From NCBI RefSeq assembly GCF_009914755.1, contig NC_060926.1: 64,000 nt of DNA. One strand, written 5' to 3'. This stretch comes from the human T2T-CHM13v2.0 reference genome, Homo sapiens. The notes under the pieces were generated by a model, which did no database searches, had not been told where the DNA came from, and worked only from the letters and a program-made list of their open reading frames with translations. The translations under genes were made by a program, and so were the position numbers. Shown here in pieces: positions 50,852 to 64,000 of this stretch. Each line of letters begins with the position of its first letter. Within the stretch, counting starts at the first letter, position 1.

Positions 50852-51215
50852 TGACCCCAGTGCTAGGGCAGTGACATTAGAACCCCTGGAGGCAGAGCCC
50901 AGATATCTGGACTTATTAGCAGCTCTCCACTGTCTTCCCTGAGAGGTGAGGTCCTTCTCAGGGAATGAAGACATTTCCTGAGAGGTGAGGTCCTTCATTC
51001 CAAGCAGGCATACACATGAAGCAGAGTGAACAAAGCCTGAGAGGCAGGCAAGCAGGGGCATGGACCAAATGTCACATGCCAGAGCAGAGTCCACAGGAGC
51101 AGAGAACCCAGTGTGCACAAGAGGCAGGAGCACATCCTAGATGCCGTGGGCACACACTGCACAAAGCTTTCCTCGTTAGGCTTACCCAGTTCTCATTTTC
51201 AGCTGACATAGCTGA

Positions 51216-51578
<363 letters not shown>

Positions 51579-51603
51579 CATGTCTGATTCTTAAATCTTT
51601 GTC

Positions 51604-51917
<314 letters not shown>

Positions 51918-53439
51918 CTACACTACCCGTGGTTTTGCTTCAGAAAAAAATAGATAAAACCAGCTATTGAATGGATGCCTGACTTAACCCCTTCCCCACT
52001 TCTCCTCACTCCAGGAAACTTATTTTCAGACAAGCTAAATCCTAAGGGGGCACTCCCATCTTGGACTCCTAACTGTGAACACCCTGGTGTCAACTTGATT
52101 CTGTGAAGGGGAGATAGTCCCACCCTTGACTTGTAGCTTCCTTGTCAGGAGATTCTGCCTTTTCTGAATGGACAGCACTCCTCTTCCGAAGGCTAAGTGG
52201 ACATCTTTACCCTGCTGCTGTGAAAAAGTGAGACCTAAAGGAAATTGTGGACATCAATTGGTCCAGCCCTTCAGGTTACAGGAGGAAACTAAACCCAGCA
52301 AGACTGAGTGCCTCCTACATGACCACACAGGCAATATAGGGAAAAGTCAGTATTCATATTTGGTTTCCAAAGTGTATTGTCATTTGAATGATGCCAGACA
52401 GTCATTCTAACACAGCTTACCAAACATCTTTCTTTATTCAATGTCTCGCTTTGAGCCTGACCAGTGGCACTGTAGCCCAAGGACAGTCTCACTGGGATGG
52501 ATGGCAGGTGCAGTTTGTGAGAGAGCCACAGGACAGACACCTCACTTCCTTAAGACTGCTCCAAAACACATAACAAAGGAGGAAAGCAGTTCTGGATTTC
52601 ACTGGACATCGATGTTCCTGTCAGATTAAAGGTCTGGTGGTGGAATCAGTGTCTGGAAGCTTCCAATAAGGGACTTTAATTGTTCTGTTTTATCCAGTGG
52701 TGGTGGAAAAACACCCATGCATGGTGCTTTTAAATCATAAAGGCTTAGTGTGATACCTCGATTTACTATTTAAAAGCTCTCATCTATCACTTCATGTTAC
52801 CATTTCTAACCTTGTACCAGCTTGGTGGTAGTTAAATGAGAAAGATCCTTGCACAAACTGGTGTTCACTAAATCTTTGTTCCGTCCTAAAAAACATTTTA
52901 GAACTGAGAAGTGTTAAAAATTCTATCTTTTTAAAAATATTTAAATATTTCAAAAAATGTTAGAAAATATATTGGTTGCTCAGAGAAGAAATGAATGTTT
53001 GCAGGAAAATCAATGGGAGAATATTTACTGTATATTTTTTAACTTTTAAATTTTGAAACACGTGATGTACTTCCTATTGCAGTAATTAAATATTATTTTA
53101 GTGAACAAAAGAGAAGAAAACAATAATCTATTTTGTATTGGCCATTTTGGCTGGGAAGAACTCCACAGCAGAAAAAAAGAGCTGACGTACTGGAGATCTG
53201 TGTGTTTACTTATGAAGCAGCATATCTCTGGTTTAACTCCCTATATCCGCTTTTGGTGTGAGAAAACCTCCCACATGGCTCTGGATAACAAAATCTCCCT
53301 GAGTATCACTTCCATGGTGCCCTGGAATGGGATGAGCATTATGGAAGAGTAGAATTGTTTATGGTACTTTTTACAAAATTTTTTTTTTATTGAAGTGCTA
53401 TATAAAATGTTTTAAAATAATCTTTTTAGAAATGGACTA

Positions 53440-54110
53440 GCAAAAAACATGGCAATCTTTCAAGGCACTTATTCTCACCTGCAAAACAAGAAAGGACACA
53501 AAACAAGAGTGACTGTAGAGAGGCAAATCAGTGAAACTGGCAGTTACCCTGTGAGAATCAGCTACCCCCGCTGTGCTTCTGTTGTGCACTGGGAGACAGT
53601 CTGTAGAGTTCATAAGCGGGAGAGTGGGATGGAAGATTCCTGCATAAACACGAGGCCCTCAGAGGGACGCAGCCACAGTGACTCAACTATGAAAAAATAA
53701 AGCTTTCTGCACAAATGGAGACTGTCAGAAAATTTGATCTTCCTCAGCATCAGCTTTGGGTTAAAGGAATAAAAATTGCCTTTCCAGACAATTCTAAACC
53801 AGAAGCTGGGGTGTCAAAATAGAATTAGAATCTTTGTGACCAAAATTAACTTATTTATTATGAGAATTTATTCTAATTATATTCTATGTTGGCCCTAAAA
53901 GAAGTAAAGTAAATTCTTCTAGAGGAAAAGACCTTAAACAAAGGCTCTAAATAATTCACGTAAATAATGTTTTAAGAAATATTATGTTACAAAAAGTCAA
54001 AGACAAAAGGAAATAAAGCAGTATGATTAAGTGTCAATGGAAGCAACAAACAGAAAACTCAAACCCACAAAAACTGCAGATATTGGAGTTATTGATATAG
54101 AACATCATGA
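53440..54110 (+). mobile_element. Very old L1M 5'/ORF1-like remnant
   Basis: 'aagcaacaaacagaaaactcaaacccacaaaaactgcagatattggagttattgatataga' resembles the start of L1M ORF1. Confidence 0.45.
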
Positions 54111-54191
54111 GACAGATGCTTTCTGCAAACCATCTATTTCCTTATACTCTGGTTTGGGAAAATGCATCTAGGGAGAAAGCTAGGGTGAAGG

Positions 54192-54718
54192 TGAAACCGG
54201 GCCCCCAAGAAGTTAAAGCAGGTAACTAACAGAAATTCTGGAGTTGAGAGGATAGCAGCTAAGGATAGAAATTACTTGCTGAAATACTACAATTCCCTCT
54301 GCTTGTAAGATAACAAAACTGGCTGAAATCTGCTGGAACCAATATGGCCAACTGGAGTCTGAGCAGAACCAGCTTATGGACATCACAGCCCAAATTCCCA
54401 CCTCATGTTTCATACTAACTGTCTCAAAATTTGCACATGTAACCCATGAGGTAGCACGAAGCCATAACTGTGCATGCCCAAGGACTTGCCACATCTCCCC
54501 CTTTCCTTCCACCAATCACCCACCAATCCCAGAATCTGCCCACTAAAACTTTAATCATAATATTGCTGCCTTAAAGCCAGCACAGGAAGACAAATTTGAG
54601 CTGGAGTCCTGTCTCCTTTTGAGTCAACTAGCAATAAAAGTTTTTCTGTTCTCAAAAACCTAGTGTCGTAGTATTGGCTTCAGTGCATGGGGCAACAAGC
54701 CCCTTTTGCATGGTAACA
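54192..54718 (+). mobile_element. ERV1 solo LTR (MER66-like)
   Basis: TGAAACC...GGTAACA termini, CCAAT boxes, AATAAA near 54633; ~527 bp; 4-bp flanks aagg/aatg. Confidence 0.85.
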
Positions 54719-54919
54719 AATGTGGAACTCTTGTCTTCTGCTTTCCATCTCTCAAGAATTATAGTTCTGACTTGATCATTGTCCAGTGTCTACAGGTTGC
54801 TGCCTTATATATTTAATGCAGTTTTTATAGTTGTTTAGAGCAGAGGAGTTAGTTTGATTGTTTAGAGCAGAAGAGTTAGTTTGATATCAGTGACTCCACA
54901 TGTCTATAACCAGATACCC

Positions 54920-57760
54920 TTTTCGCTATTACCAGTAGAACTGCTGTGAACATTCTCATATGTGTTTTTTGGTAAAATATGGTACGCATACCTTTGGATA
55001 TCTGCAGATAGTGTTTCTGCTGCCTGCAAAGATATATTCCTCCCTAAAATGGATTTGCTGTCCCCAGTCTAGGAGGAAGTGATTGCTGGACCACAGGATT
55101 TGTGTGTATTTAGCTTTAGTAACTGTTCCACGTATATCCCTACTAGCTGAGACAGAGAGACATCCATTTCCTCCATATCTTTGACAATATTTAATATTAC
55201 CATTCACGGAATGTTTTGGCCATACTACTGGGTGCGTGGTTGTGTCTTATTGGGGTCTTACTTTCTATTTCCTCGATGACTAATGACAGTGAGCACTGTC
55301 TCATATGCCTATTAACCACTTAGGAAGTATCTGTTCAAAGATTTTTCCAATTTGTATATGAGATTGTCCGGTTCCTACTTATTGCCTTGTAGGATTTTTT
55401 TATTTTCTGTGTAATAATTCTCAATTTTATAAGTATACTGAGAAAGATAGCCCATTGTGGTTTGCTTTTTTGCTCTCTCAATAGTGTTTTAATAGCCAGA
55501 AGTGCTGAATCTTAATGTCTAATGTATCAACCTTTTCCTTTGTGGCTAGGGACATGAACATCCTGCTAAAGCATTTTGACTGCTTACATATTCTCCCACA
55601 GTTCTTTCTAGAAGCTTTATGCATGTGTCTTTCACATTAAGCTATATGACCCATCAAGAATCGGTTTTTGTTCTGGGTATAAGATAGGTCAACATCTGTT
55701 GCATCCTACATGGATATCAAATTGGCCTACTTGAAAAGATCACAATTTTTACACTGCATCGCATTGTCACCTCTGCCTTTGCTGAGGTGATTGTGCATGA
55801 AAGCATCTATTATTGGGCTCTTAGTGTGTGTTGGTCTGTTCTGATCTATTTTTTCCTTCTTTCACCAATATTATACTGTTTTAATTACTGTAAGTTATTA
55901 AAAGTCTTAGTATATTGCAGTGTAAGTCTTCCAACTTTGCTTTTCTTGAAGACTATCTTTGCTATTCTTGCAATTTTTTGTGTTTTCATATAAATTTTGA
56001 ATCAGATGAAAAATTGATTGGAATTGCATTGAATTTGTAAATCAATATGGGTGAGAATTGAAACATTTTAATATTGAGGCTTTTAATACATGAAAATGGC
56101 TTATTGCTTCATTTATTCAGGCCTTTATTTTCCTCTAGTAATTTCAGTTTTCTTATAGAGTCCTTACACATCTTTCATTACATTTATTTCTCAGAATTTG
56201 AGTTCCATGCTATTACAAATGGTATTATGTTTTACAAAGTCCTTTTCTAATTGCTTTTCTTAGTACATAAAATTGCAATTGAATGTTACACATTGACATT
56301 GTATCCAGCATTATGTTGTAATTATCAGCTGTGAGCACAGGGATACTGTACAGAGATAACCCCAATGTTCAGTGGCAGTGGTTAAGGTGGTGAAGCTCTG
56401 CATGAGGTGGTGGGATGTGGAATTAGCCGGGGCTGCTCTGCTTCTAAATGAGTCTGTGGGTTGGTTGGGATAGCTCCATTCTGATTGCCTCATGCTGGGG
56501 AACAAGCTGGGTCATCAGACACGACCTGCTGTGTGTTCTTCTCCAGGAGGAGGTGGAAGCTCTCAGAGGGCTGAATAGAAACACACGAAACACATGAAGC
56601 CCTGAAGACCTTAGCACACTCTCACTTCTGCCCACAGCCCATTGGCCAAAGCCAGTCACGGCACATTCACCATCATTGAGGCAGGCAGGTCTGTCTACGC
56701 CTTTCTAGGAGGTAGGCAGAAGCAGCAAATACTGGCTAAATGAGTTTAATTTACATGGTTGCTAAATTCTGTTATTAATTCAAATAATCTATATGCATAT
56801 CCTTTGTATTCTCTGTATGCAGAATTTTACTATCTTGAATTAATAACCTTTTTATTTTTTTCTTTCAAATCTTTGTACTTTTAGATTATCTTTTCCCCTT
56901 ATTGTACTGTCTAGGACAATACAGTTGTTGAATGTAAGTGACTGCCTTTGTTTTTTTAAACTATCTCAATGGTAATCCTTTTAATATTTCATACAAAAGT
57001 ATATTTTTTGTTGTAGGTCTCTTAATTGTAAGTGGGCATTGAATTTTATAAAATGCTCCCTCTGTGTCCTTTGAGATGAACATGTTTTTTTCTCTTTTTC
57101 TATAAATGTGGCGAGATATATTGATTAGTTTCTTAATGTTAAAATAAACTCAATTTCTGGAATAGCCAAACTTCATTGCTATGAATTACATTTTAAAAGT
57201 TGGCTTATTAGATTCATTCAGTTTGTGATTATTATGCTTAAGATGTTTACATCTATGTTCATGAGATAATTTAATGAGAATTGGCCTGTAATTTTTTCCC
57301 ATGTCTTTGTCAAATTCTGATATCTAGGTTTGATAGCTTTATGAATTTGAGTTTGGAAATGATTCTTTTATTTTTCATATTTTTCATATTTTCTATTTCT
57401 TCTTGGCCACAATTGGTAAACCTTTCTTTAAAGAATGAATTTGTCTATATCATCTGAATTTTCAAAATTTTGGCATAAAGTAACGTGCAGAGCCTCTAAC
57501 AATGTCATTGTTAATTCCTGATGTGGGCCCCATGCTTTCTCCTTCCCTTTTACCTCTTTCTCTCTCTCTCCATCTCTGTCTCTATCAATCCCTCATGATT
57601 TGTTGCTTTTATTAGTCATTTTAAAAACAACTTATTTTTTTTAATTTTTTCTGTTTCTTATTTGTTTTTCCTTTTATAATTTTCTGCTCTCATCTTTGTT
57701 ATTTTCTTTCCTCTACTTTTTTGGGTTGAATTTGCTGTTCTTCTCATCTTTTGAGATCGA
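54920..57760 (-). mobile_element. Old L1M (ME/MD-like) ORF2/3' remnant, interrupted by MLT1
   Basis: T-rich antisense L1 text 'ttgattggaattgcattgaatttgtaaatcaat', 'tttacatctatgttcatgagat', 'ggtttgatagctttatgaatttgagtttggaa'. Confidence 0.8.
56314..56755 (-). mobile_element. Old MaLR LTR (MLT1H/I-like)
   Basis: 'tcacttctgcccacagcccattggccaaagccagtcacggc'; host L1 resumes at 'ttgctaaattc'. Confidence 0.7.
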
Positions 57761-58090
57761 GATGGCCTTGCTAGGGTCCTGAGATTCTGGGTATGCTGGT
57801 AGCCCTGAACTTCAGCTCACACCTCCTGTCCCAGCAAGCCTGCTGAAAGATGGAGGCAGTCACTTTCTGTTCACTGTCTATGCCTCATTATGAGCATTTG
57901 CAAATGCTCGAGGGCAAAATGCCACTGCAAATTTTTATGTGTTTTAAGCTTTTATGTGTTTTCCTTATCTCAAAGGTTTTGATCTTTCAAACCCTGAGTG
58001 TCTTCAAGACCCTTCACTGCCATGAACAGATTTTTAAAAAAGTATTTAGCTTTTCTTGTTGTTCTTAATATGAAGATTAATCCGCACAAA

Positions 58091-58993
58091 TGTGAACCCC
58101 AAATACAATTCTAAGCTCCCCAATCAACTGAATTAACCTCCGTTTCAGTAAAGGGCATTCCCAAGTAAATCTGAAAACCTAGTTCAGGCCATGCTGGAGC
58201 AGAGGGGTTGGACATGCCTCATTATGCCCTCTTCCCTTTGGAATTCAGGCACAACTGACCAGCATTAAAACAGAGATCTTAACACTGACAAAACAGATTG
58301 TAGCCATAACATACCAAGCAATAAGATACCAAATTCCAACCTGACTCTAGTACAGCATCACATGACACATAGCAGGCCCTGAAAGAAATTGAAGTATTTT
58401 ACCCCCAAATATATTTTTTTGACATATTTTGAAATGCCCCTGCAAAGCTGTCTCATGTAGGGAAAATCTACATTCTTGGAGAATCGCATTCCCTTTCCAA
58501 GTCTTTTCTTAATCCAGAAGAGAATTAACTAAGAGTCTGGCACCTTTTTATGTCTGATACTTATCAGATATTAACCATCTATTCTCTCTGAAGCCTTCTT
58601 GCCTAGAGACTTCATCTGCATAATAAAATCTTTGCTTCCTACAACCCCTTGTCTTAACCTAGACACTCCTCCTTCTAACGATTCCAGGTCTTTAGATAGT
58701 AACTTAACTCTTTTAAGCAATTTCCAATCAGAAATATTTGAAGCCACTTATAACCTGGGAGCCCACATTTTGACTTGTCCTGGTTTCCAGATTGAAGCAC
58801 CTTACATGTATTGATTGATACCTGCCTGTAACTTCTGTCCCCTTAAAATGTGTAAGATCAAGCTGTAGCCCAAATACCTTGGGAACATGTTCCCTGGACC
58901 TCTTGAGACTGTGCCTCAGGCCTTGGTCACTCATCTTTGGCTCAGAATAAACTGCTTTAAATATTTTACAGAGTTTTACTCTTTTCATTGACA
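58091..58993 (+). mobile_element. ERV1 solo LTR, MER4 (MER4D-like), ~900 bp
   Basis: TGTGAACC...TTGACA; 'gtattttacccccaaatatat', 'ccttggtcactcatctttggctcagaataaa'; flanks caaa/caag. Confidence 0.92.
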
Positions 58994-59019
58994 CAAGAAA
59001 CTTGTCACAGCCAAAAAGA

Positions 59020-59480
59020 AAATCTTCCACAACATTAGTAGATAATGCCAAGTTTTATTTTAGTAAATGGGATTTTTAAAAGACAATTTACAATTCCATT
59101 CACAGGATATAAAAACTCCCATTGCTCTATGTGTCACCAACACCAGATACTAGCAGACTTTTAATTTATATAAATCTTATGGGTGTAAAATGGAATCTCA
59201 CTGTGGCTTTACTGTGCATTTCTCTGATTATTAAGATGGTTGGGCATTTTTTCACGTTTATTGGCCGTTCAGTTTTCAAATTCTGTGAAATTCCTCTTCA
59301 AATCTTTAGCTCATTTTTCTTTTGGGTTGCTGGTTTTTATTATTGATGTGTAAAAGTTCTTTAGCTTTTGATATTCATTATTTTTTGTGATACAGATATA
59401 CTCTTCCAGTTTGTCTTTTTACTTCATGATTTTTTTAAGGACAAAGGTTTGATTTTATACTATATAAGTTTTCTCTGCCA
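59020..59480 (-). mobile_element. Old L1ME-like remnant
   Basis: 'gggtgtaaaatggaatctcactgtggctttactgtgcatttctctgattattaagatggttgggcatttt'. Confidence 0.75.
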
Positions 59481-60027
59481 CATGTACATATTAGCTCTTC
59501 AATTTTTGAAAATTGCATGTCATTTAGTCCATTTCATTGCCCCAAATGTTACATAAGTAACTCTTGTCTAGAAAGGCAGTGGCACTAGAATGTGATGGAG
59601 AAGGAGCAACACCATTTGCTGATAACCCACTACTGCATGCTGAGCACTGTCCTCCACTGTCTGCAATCACTGTCTCATTTAGTCTTCATAACTTAATGAC
59701 ACAGCCATTCTTCTACCCACTGCATAGAAGAGAAAATTAGATTTCAAGTCTCCTGCAAACGACTTATTGCTCTTTTCCTCAGAATAGAATTTCCTCTTAT
59801 TCGTGTCAAGAATTGACATTTCTAAGAACATTTTTTTTTTGCCACTGAAACATGGAAACATTTTCTCAATCACAGACTCATTTGTACAAAGAAAAAAAAA
59901 ATCCCAGCAAATGCCTGTGTCCTCCCACCTCAGTACAAATATGCTTGCCCAACATATGGTGCAATCTGGCTGAGTAACTCCCCTGAGGCTGTGGCCAACA
60001 GTGCTCACTTTCTTCTTTCAGCTTTAA

Positions 60028-60592
<565 letters not shown>

Positions 60593-61949
60593 TGAGCACT
60601 GCTGCCAGCTCTGACTTAGCTCTCCTGTCTGACAGCTTTAATCCTGTCTGTATACTAATTATTTCCCTCATTTCCTTGGTGTCCACAGTCATGCTTCTGC
60701 TGCCCATGAGACCCTATTCCTTCCTAGGACTGACCACTCCCCCTTGGCCTCTGTGCAGCCTCAGCCTCTGGCATCTATGGCTAGGCTTTTCTTGGTATCC
60801 TCCACAGGCCCCACTTTCCCTGTCTTCAGCCCTGCCTTATGGAGAATGTTCGGTTTGATAGCCTTTTTCCAAGTGCTTATTTCTTCTATCCCCACCACCC
60901 CCAACCTCTCTCCAGGTGAAGACTACCCACGATTTTATCTCCAACCCAGAGGACATTTTCCTGAGCTTCAGACCTGAAGAACCAACTGAATCCAGTGGGG
61001 CACCTTATCCAACAGACTAGCACACAGCTGCCATGTCTTCATGACTTAGTATCCTGGTGGATACCTCCACTCCCTGGTGACTGAGCCCAAAACACCAGTG
61101 CTGGCAATGAGGCTTGCCTTTTTAGTCCCAACATCTGTCTTCAGGTCCCCTGATTGCTCCTGCTGTTCCTCCCAGCCTCACATTTTCCAGTTGGAGTGGA
61201 AGATACTGGAATTATCTAATTTGAAGAATCTCAGGACTATGTCAGCTAAACAGTCTGAGGGCAATATTGAGGTAGAGGAAGCCAAGAGTCTTCCATCTTG
61301 ACTTTTAAAGACCTAAGTAGATTAAATAAAAGCAGCTACCATCCTTGAAACATTCATTAATAGGAGTCACTGTCTGAAGCACTTCGTGTTTGTTATCTGT
61401 TTTTTTCCTTTTTTTTTTTTTTTTTTTAGTATATATAACGAATTCAAGAGGTAACTATTTCAGAAGAATAGAGGCTCAGGGAACTTAAAGAATTTTCCTG
61501 GTGTCCCATGCTTAGGAAGAGGAAATCCCAGATTTGTGTCCACTTCCAAGCACTTCCAGAGCCTGCAGGCTTCCACTTGGCATCTGTCTCACAATTAGGG
61601 GCCAGGTCTGCAGTTGTGATTTATAATACCACTGTTCCTGCTTTTGTGAATGCCTGGAGTGGAAAGTGGAAGAGAGGGACAACCTTAGGATTAGTTTTCT
61701 TGCCTTGGTAACAGCTTAGGTGAGTGGCTGACTGCTTTCTTCCTCATTCCACAGCAGTCCATCAAAGATGGTAGTGATGAGGTATGCTGCAGCCAAGATT
61801 CGCCCAGCCTTTCTCCTTCAGGGCAAAGTGAGGAGGGTATTTCTATTTCTAGACTTTGCTTTTACAGAGTGGAATGAAATAAAAGTTCTTTATAGATGCA
61901 AATTTAATTTTTCTCCTGATTTGTGCAGATAAGTAGCATTGACAATAGT

Positions 61950-62300
61950 TGATAAATGATTAGAGCCAATATTTATCACATTGTTAAATGACAAGGCACT
62001 GCAATAGCTTAATAGCAACCCTATAAAGGAAATCCTATTATCATAGATATTTTACAAATAATCATAATAATAGATAATACACATGAGATCATTCTAAGCA
62101 CTTTACACGTATTAGCTCATTTGGTCTTCACAATAAACCTATGAGGTAGATAATATTATCCCCATCTACGAATAAGGAAATTGAGGCACACTGAATTAAA
62201 ATGACTTGCTCAAGGTCATCCAGCCGGTAAGTGTGGAGAGGAATCCAACGTGGGTGGTCCCATGCCAGAGTTTATACTCATATTATCTCACCATACTGCT
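61950..62300. mobile_element. MIR SINE remnants (other MIR-like pieces near 60-130, 38040-38200, 48400-48540, 49880-50040, 61330-61560)
   Basis: MIR core 'ctaagcactttacacgtattagctcatttggtcttcacaataaacctatgaggtag...aaggaaattgaggcaca...tgacttgctcaaggtca'. Confidence 0.8.
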
Positions 62301-62401
62301 TCCACTTCTGGTGTTTTCCAGAAACGTGGGAAGTGAGATTCAAAGGGAAAAAGACAGACACTGGGTGGGTGGGAGGAAGAGGCATATTAACACAAAGCGA
62401 C

Positions 62402-62941
62402 TGTGATACAGTTGGCTATGGCCATAAAACAATGACCAAATTACCCTTTTGGTGTTTAGGATTGCTAACAGTCATGGGCCTAATACTCCTGAAGCCTGAG
62501 GTCACCTGAAAGTTCCTGAACCTCTTCCCAGATTTTGCAGCATGGCAAAACAGGTTTTGCTGCAGGATGGGTTATGGGAGCGGGGGGAGAAGAAGAGGGA
62601 AAATGTATGAGGCAAAGATGGTCTTGCTAAACAGATGAAACTTCACAGGTAGCAGTCCTGCTCTCAAGGAGGAAAAATATAGACGGTAGTCTGAGGAAAA
62701 TGTTTCTCTGTCAGACCTTGAAAGGTGTCAAGCTCTCAGCTAATCTTTCGTAGATGCAGACCAGGAGGGTTGTGGGGTGGCATAAGAGAAATCCTGTTTG
62801 CACCGGCTGTTTACTTCACTTTACTTCCTCCGCAGGTGCAAATATCCCCCACAAAAGACAGCTTTTCAGGAGTTTTCTTGTGTCTGCAGGGTATGTCAGA
62901 GAAGTATATTTTGGGGTGAAATATTTTTGGCTTCCTTTACA
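62402..62941 (-). mobile_element. ERV1 MER4-group solo LTR (MER34/MER39/LTR39-like)
   Basis: Minus strand begins TGTAAAGGAAGCCAAAAATATTTCACCCCAAAATATACTTCTCTGACATA, sharing the MER4-group motif also seen at ~58395; left boundary uncertain. Confidence 0.75.
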
Positions 62942-63787
62942 TGTTATATAGATAATAGCTGAGAAGGGGAAATGGCCAGGCAAACACTTGTAATAGACGG
63001 TGTTGCTACAGTCTAACCTATGGGCCTGGTGGGCACACAAGAAGCTGTCAATTTGACTGTGGTGGAAGGAGGGCAGGAAGAGGATGGGTAACATCTGGCA
63101 TGTGTTGGGATGAAGTTAATTCTGCCCTGACTGTGAATGCCATCAGGTCTCCTGACGCGGGGGCTCCTCTAGCAGCTGTGTTACCTGCACCAAACAAAAA
63201 GGCTCATAACCCTGAATTTACCCCAGTGTATAAGACATGGGACCAGGGCATGGCCCCTTTCAGATCAAATTGGTTGATATTTGGGTCTGAGTTTATATAC
63301 CATCATGAAAATTCTATAATAGAGCAAGTGACAAATAGTGCTACAGGAATAAATACATTTTGTTTTATCCTGATGGGCTTTGGCCTTGAAGACAGGTTCT
63401 CCTGCAGTGCAACGCTGTCCCCAGAGCTTCCCCTGTGTTTCTAGCCTGAGGTGCTCTGTTCCTTCCCTCCCTGTCCTTCAGGGCTCTGCGGACCCTAATC
63501 CTAGACTGCAGTTATGCAGACTGTCTCCCTCAGAGTTGGGGGACCCACCCGTGCCTCCCACAATTGCTCTCCCTTCTCTGAACCCGTCTTCAGTTTGCTA
63601 ACCAGTTTTTGTACCTTGCAAACCACCCAGTTACAGTTCAGCCAGTATCGGTGTCCAGGTAAGAACACTGACAAGAACCGGCCTTCATTTTCTCTTTATA
63701 ATACCCAGACTTTTTTTCTTTTTTTAAAGACGCTTCATTGAAATACCATCCACATAGCGTCCAACCTGCCCACTTAAAGGCATAATT

Positions 63788-64000
63788 CAGTACAGCATGG
63801 TGACTACAGTTAACAACAGTGTATTATATTCTCGAAAATCACTGAGAGAGTGGACTTTGAGTGCTCTCACCACACAAAAAAAGATAAATAGGTAATGCAT
63901 ACGTTAATTAGCTCAATTTAGCCATCCCACAATGTATACATATTTCAAAACATCATGCTGTATACAACAAACACATACTATTCTTATCTGCCAACTAAAA
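63788..64000 (+). mobile_element. L1MA (MA7/8-like) 3'UTR, abutting a short minus-strand L1M end at ~63710-63787
   Basis: 'tacagcatggtgactacagttaac...tctcaccacacaaaaa...gttaattagctcaatttagccatcccacaatgtatacatatttcaaaacatc'. Confidence 0.85.

Overview
Primate genomic DNA, almost certainly hominoid/human (AluY, AluS/J, L1PA4, L1PA7, MaLR and MER4-group LTRs). It is repeat-dominated, and I recognise no host protein-coding exon, RNA gene or CpG island. About 2.3-26.7 kb is a near-continuous nested LINE-1 stack: old L1M/L1MB/L1PB remnants, a twin-primed (5'-inverted) L1MB, and two full-length but dead minus-strand L1s (L1PA4-like 10471-16584; L1PA7-like 16722-23174), plus Alus and an MST LTR. About 26.7-44 kb is mostly unique or anciently repetitive (MIR/L2) sequence with a ~275-bp diverged local duplication, a MARE/AP-1/GATA motif cluster and long (CCAT)n and TG-rich tracts. 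44.3-47.4 kb is a decayed class I (gamma-like) ERV gag-pro-RT-RNaseH fragment. The rest is solo LTRs, old L1/L2/MIR and Alus, including a head-to-head Alu pair 25 bp apart. Every long ORF in the track comes from L1, Alu, ERV or simple repeats. I found no new gene system. The best leads are structural: a TSD-less L1PA4 joining non-contiguous flanks (probable L1-associated deletion), several local templated insertions, and candidate regulatory and splicing elements. Subfamily names come from recalled consensus features, not a database search, and boundaries of old elements are approximate.
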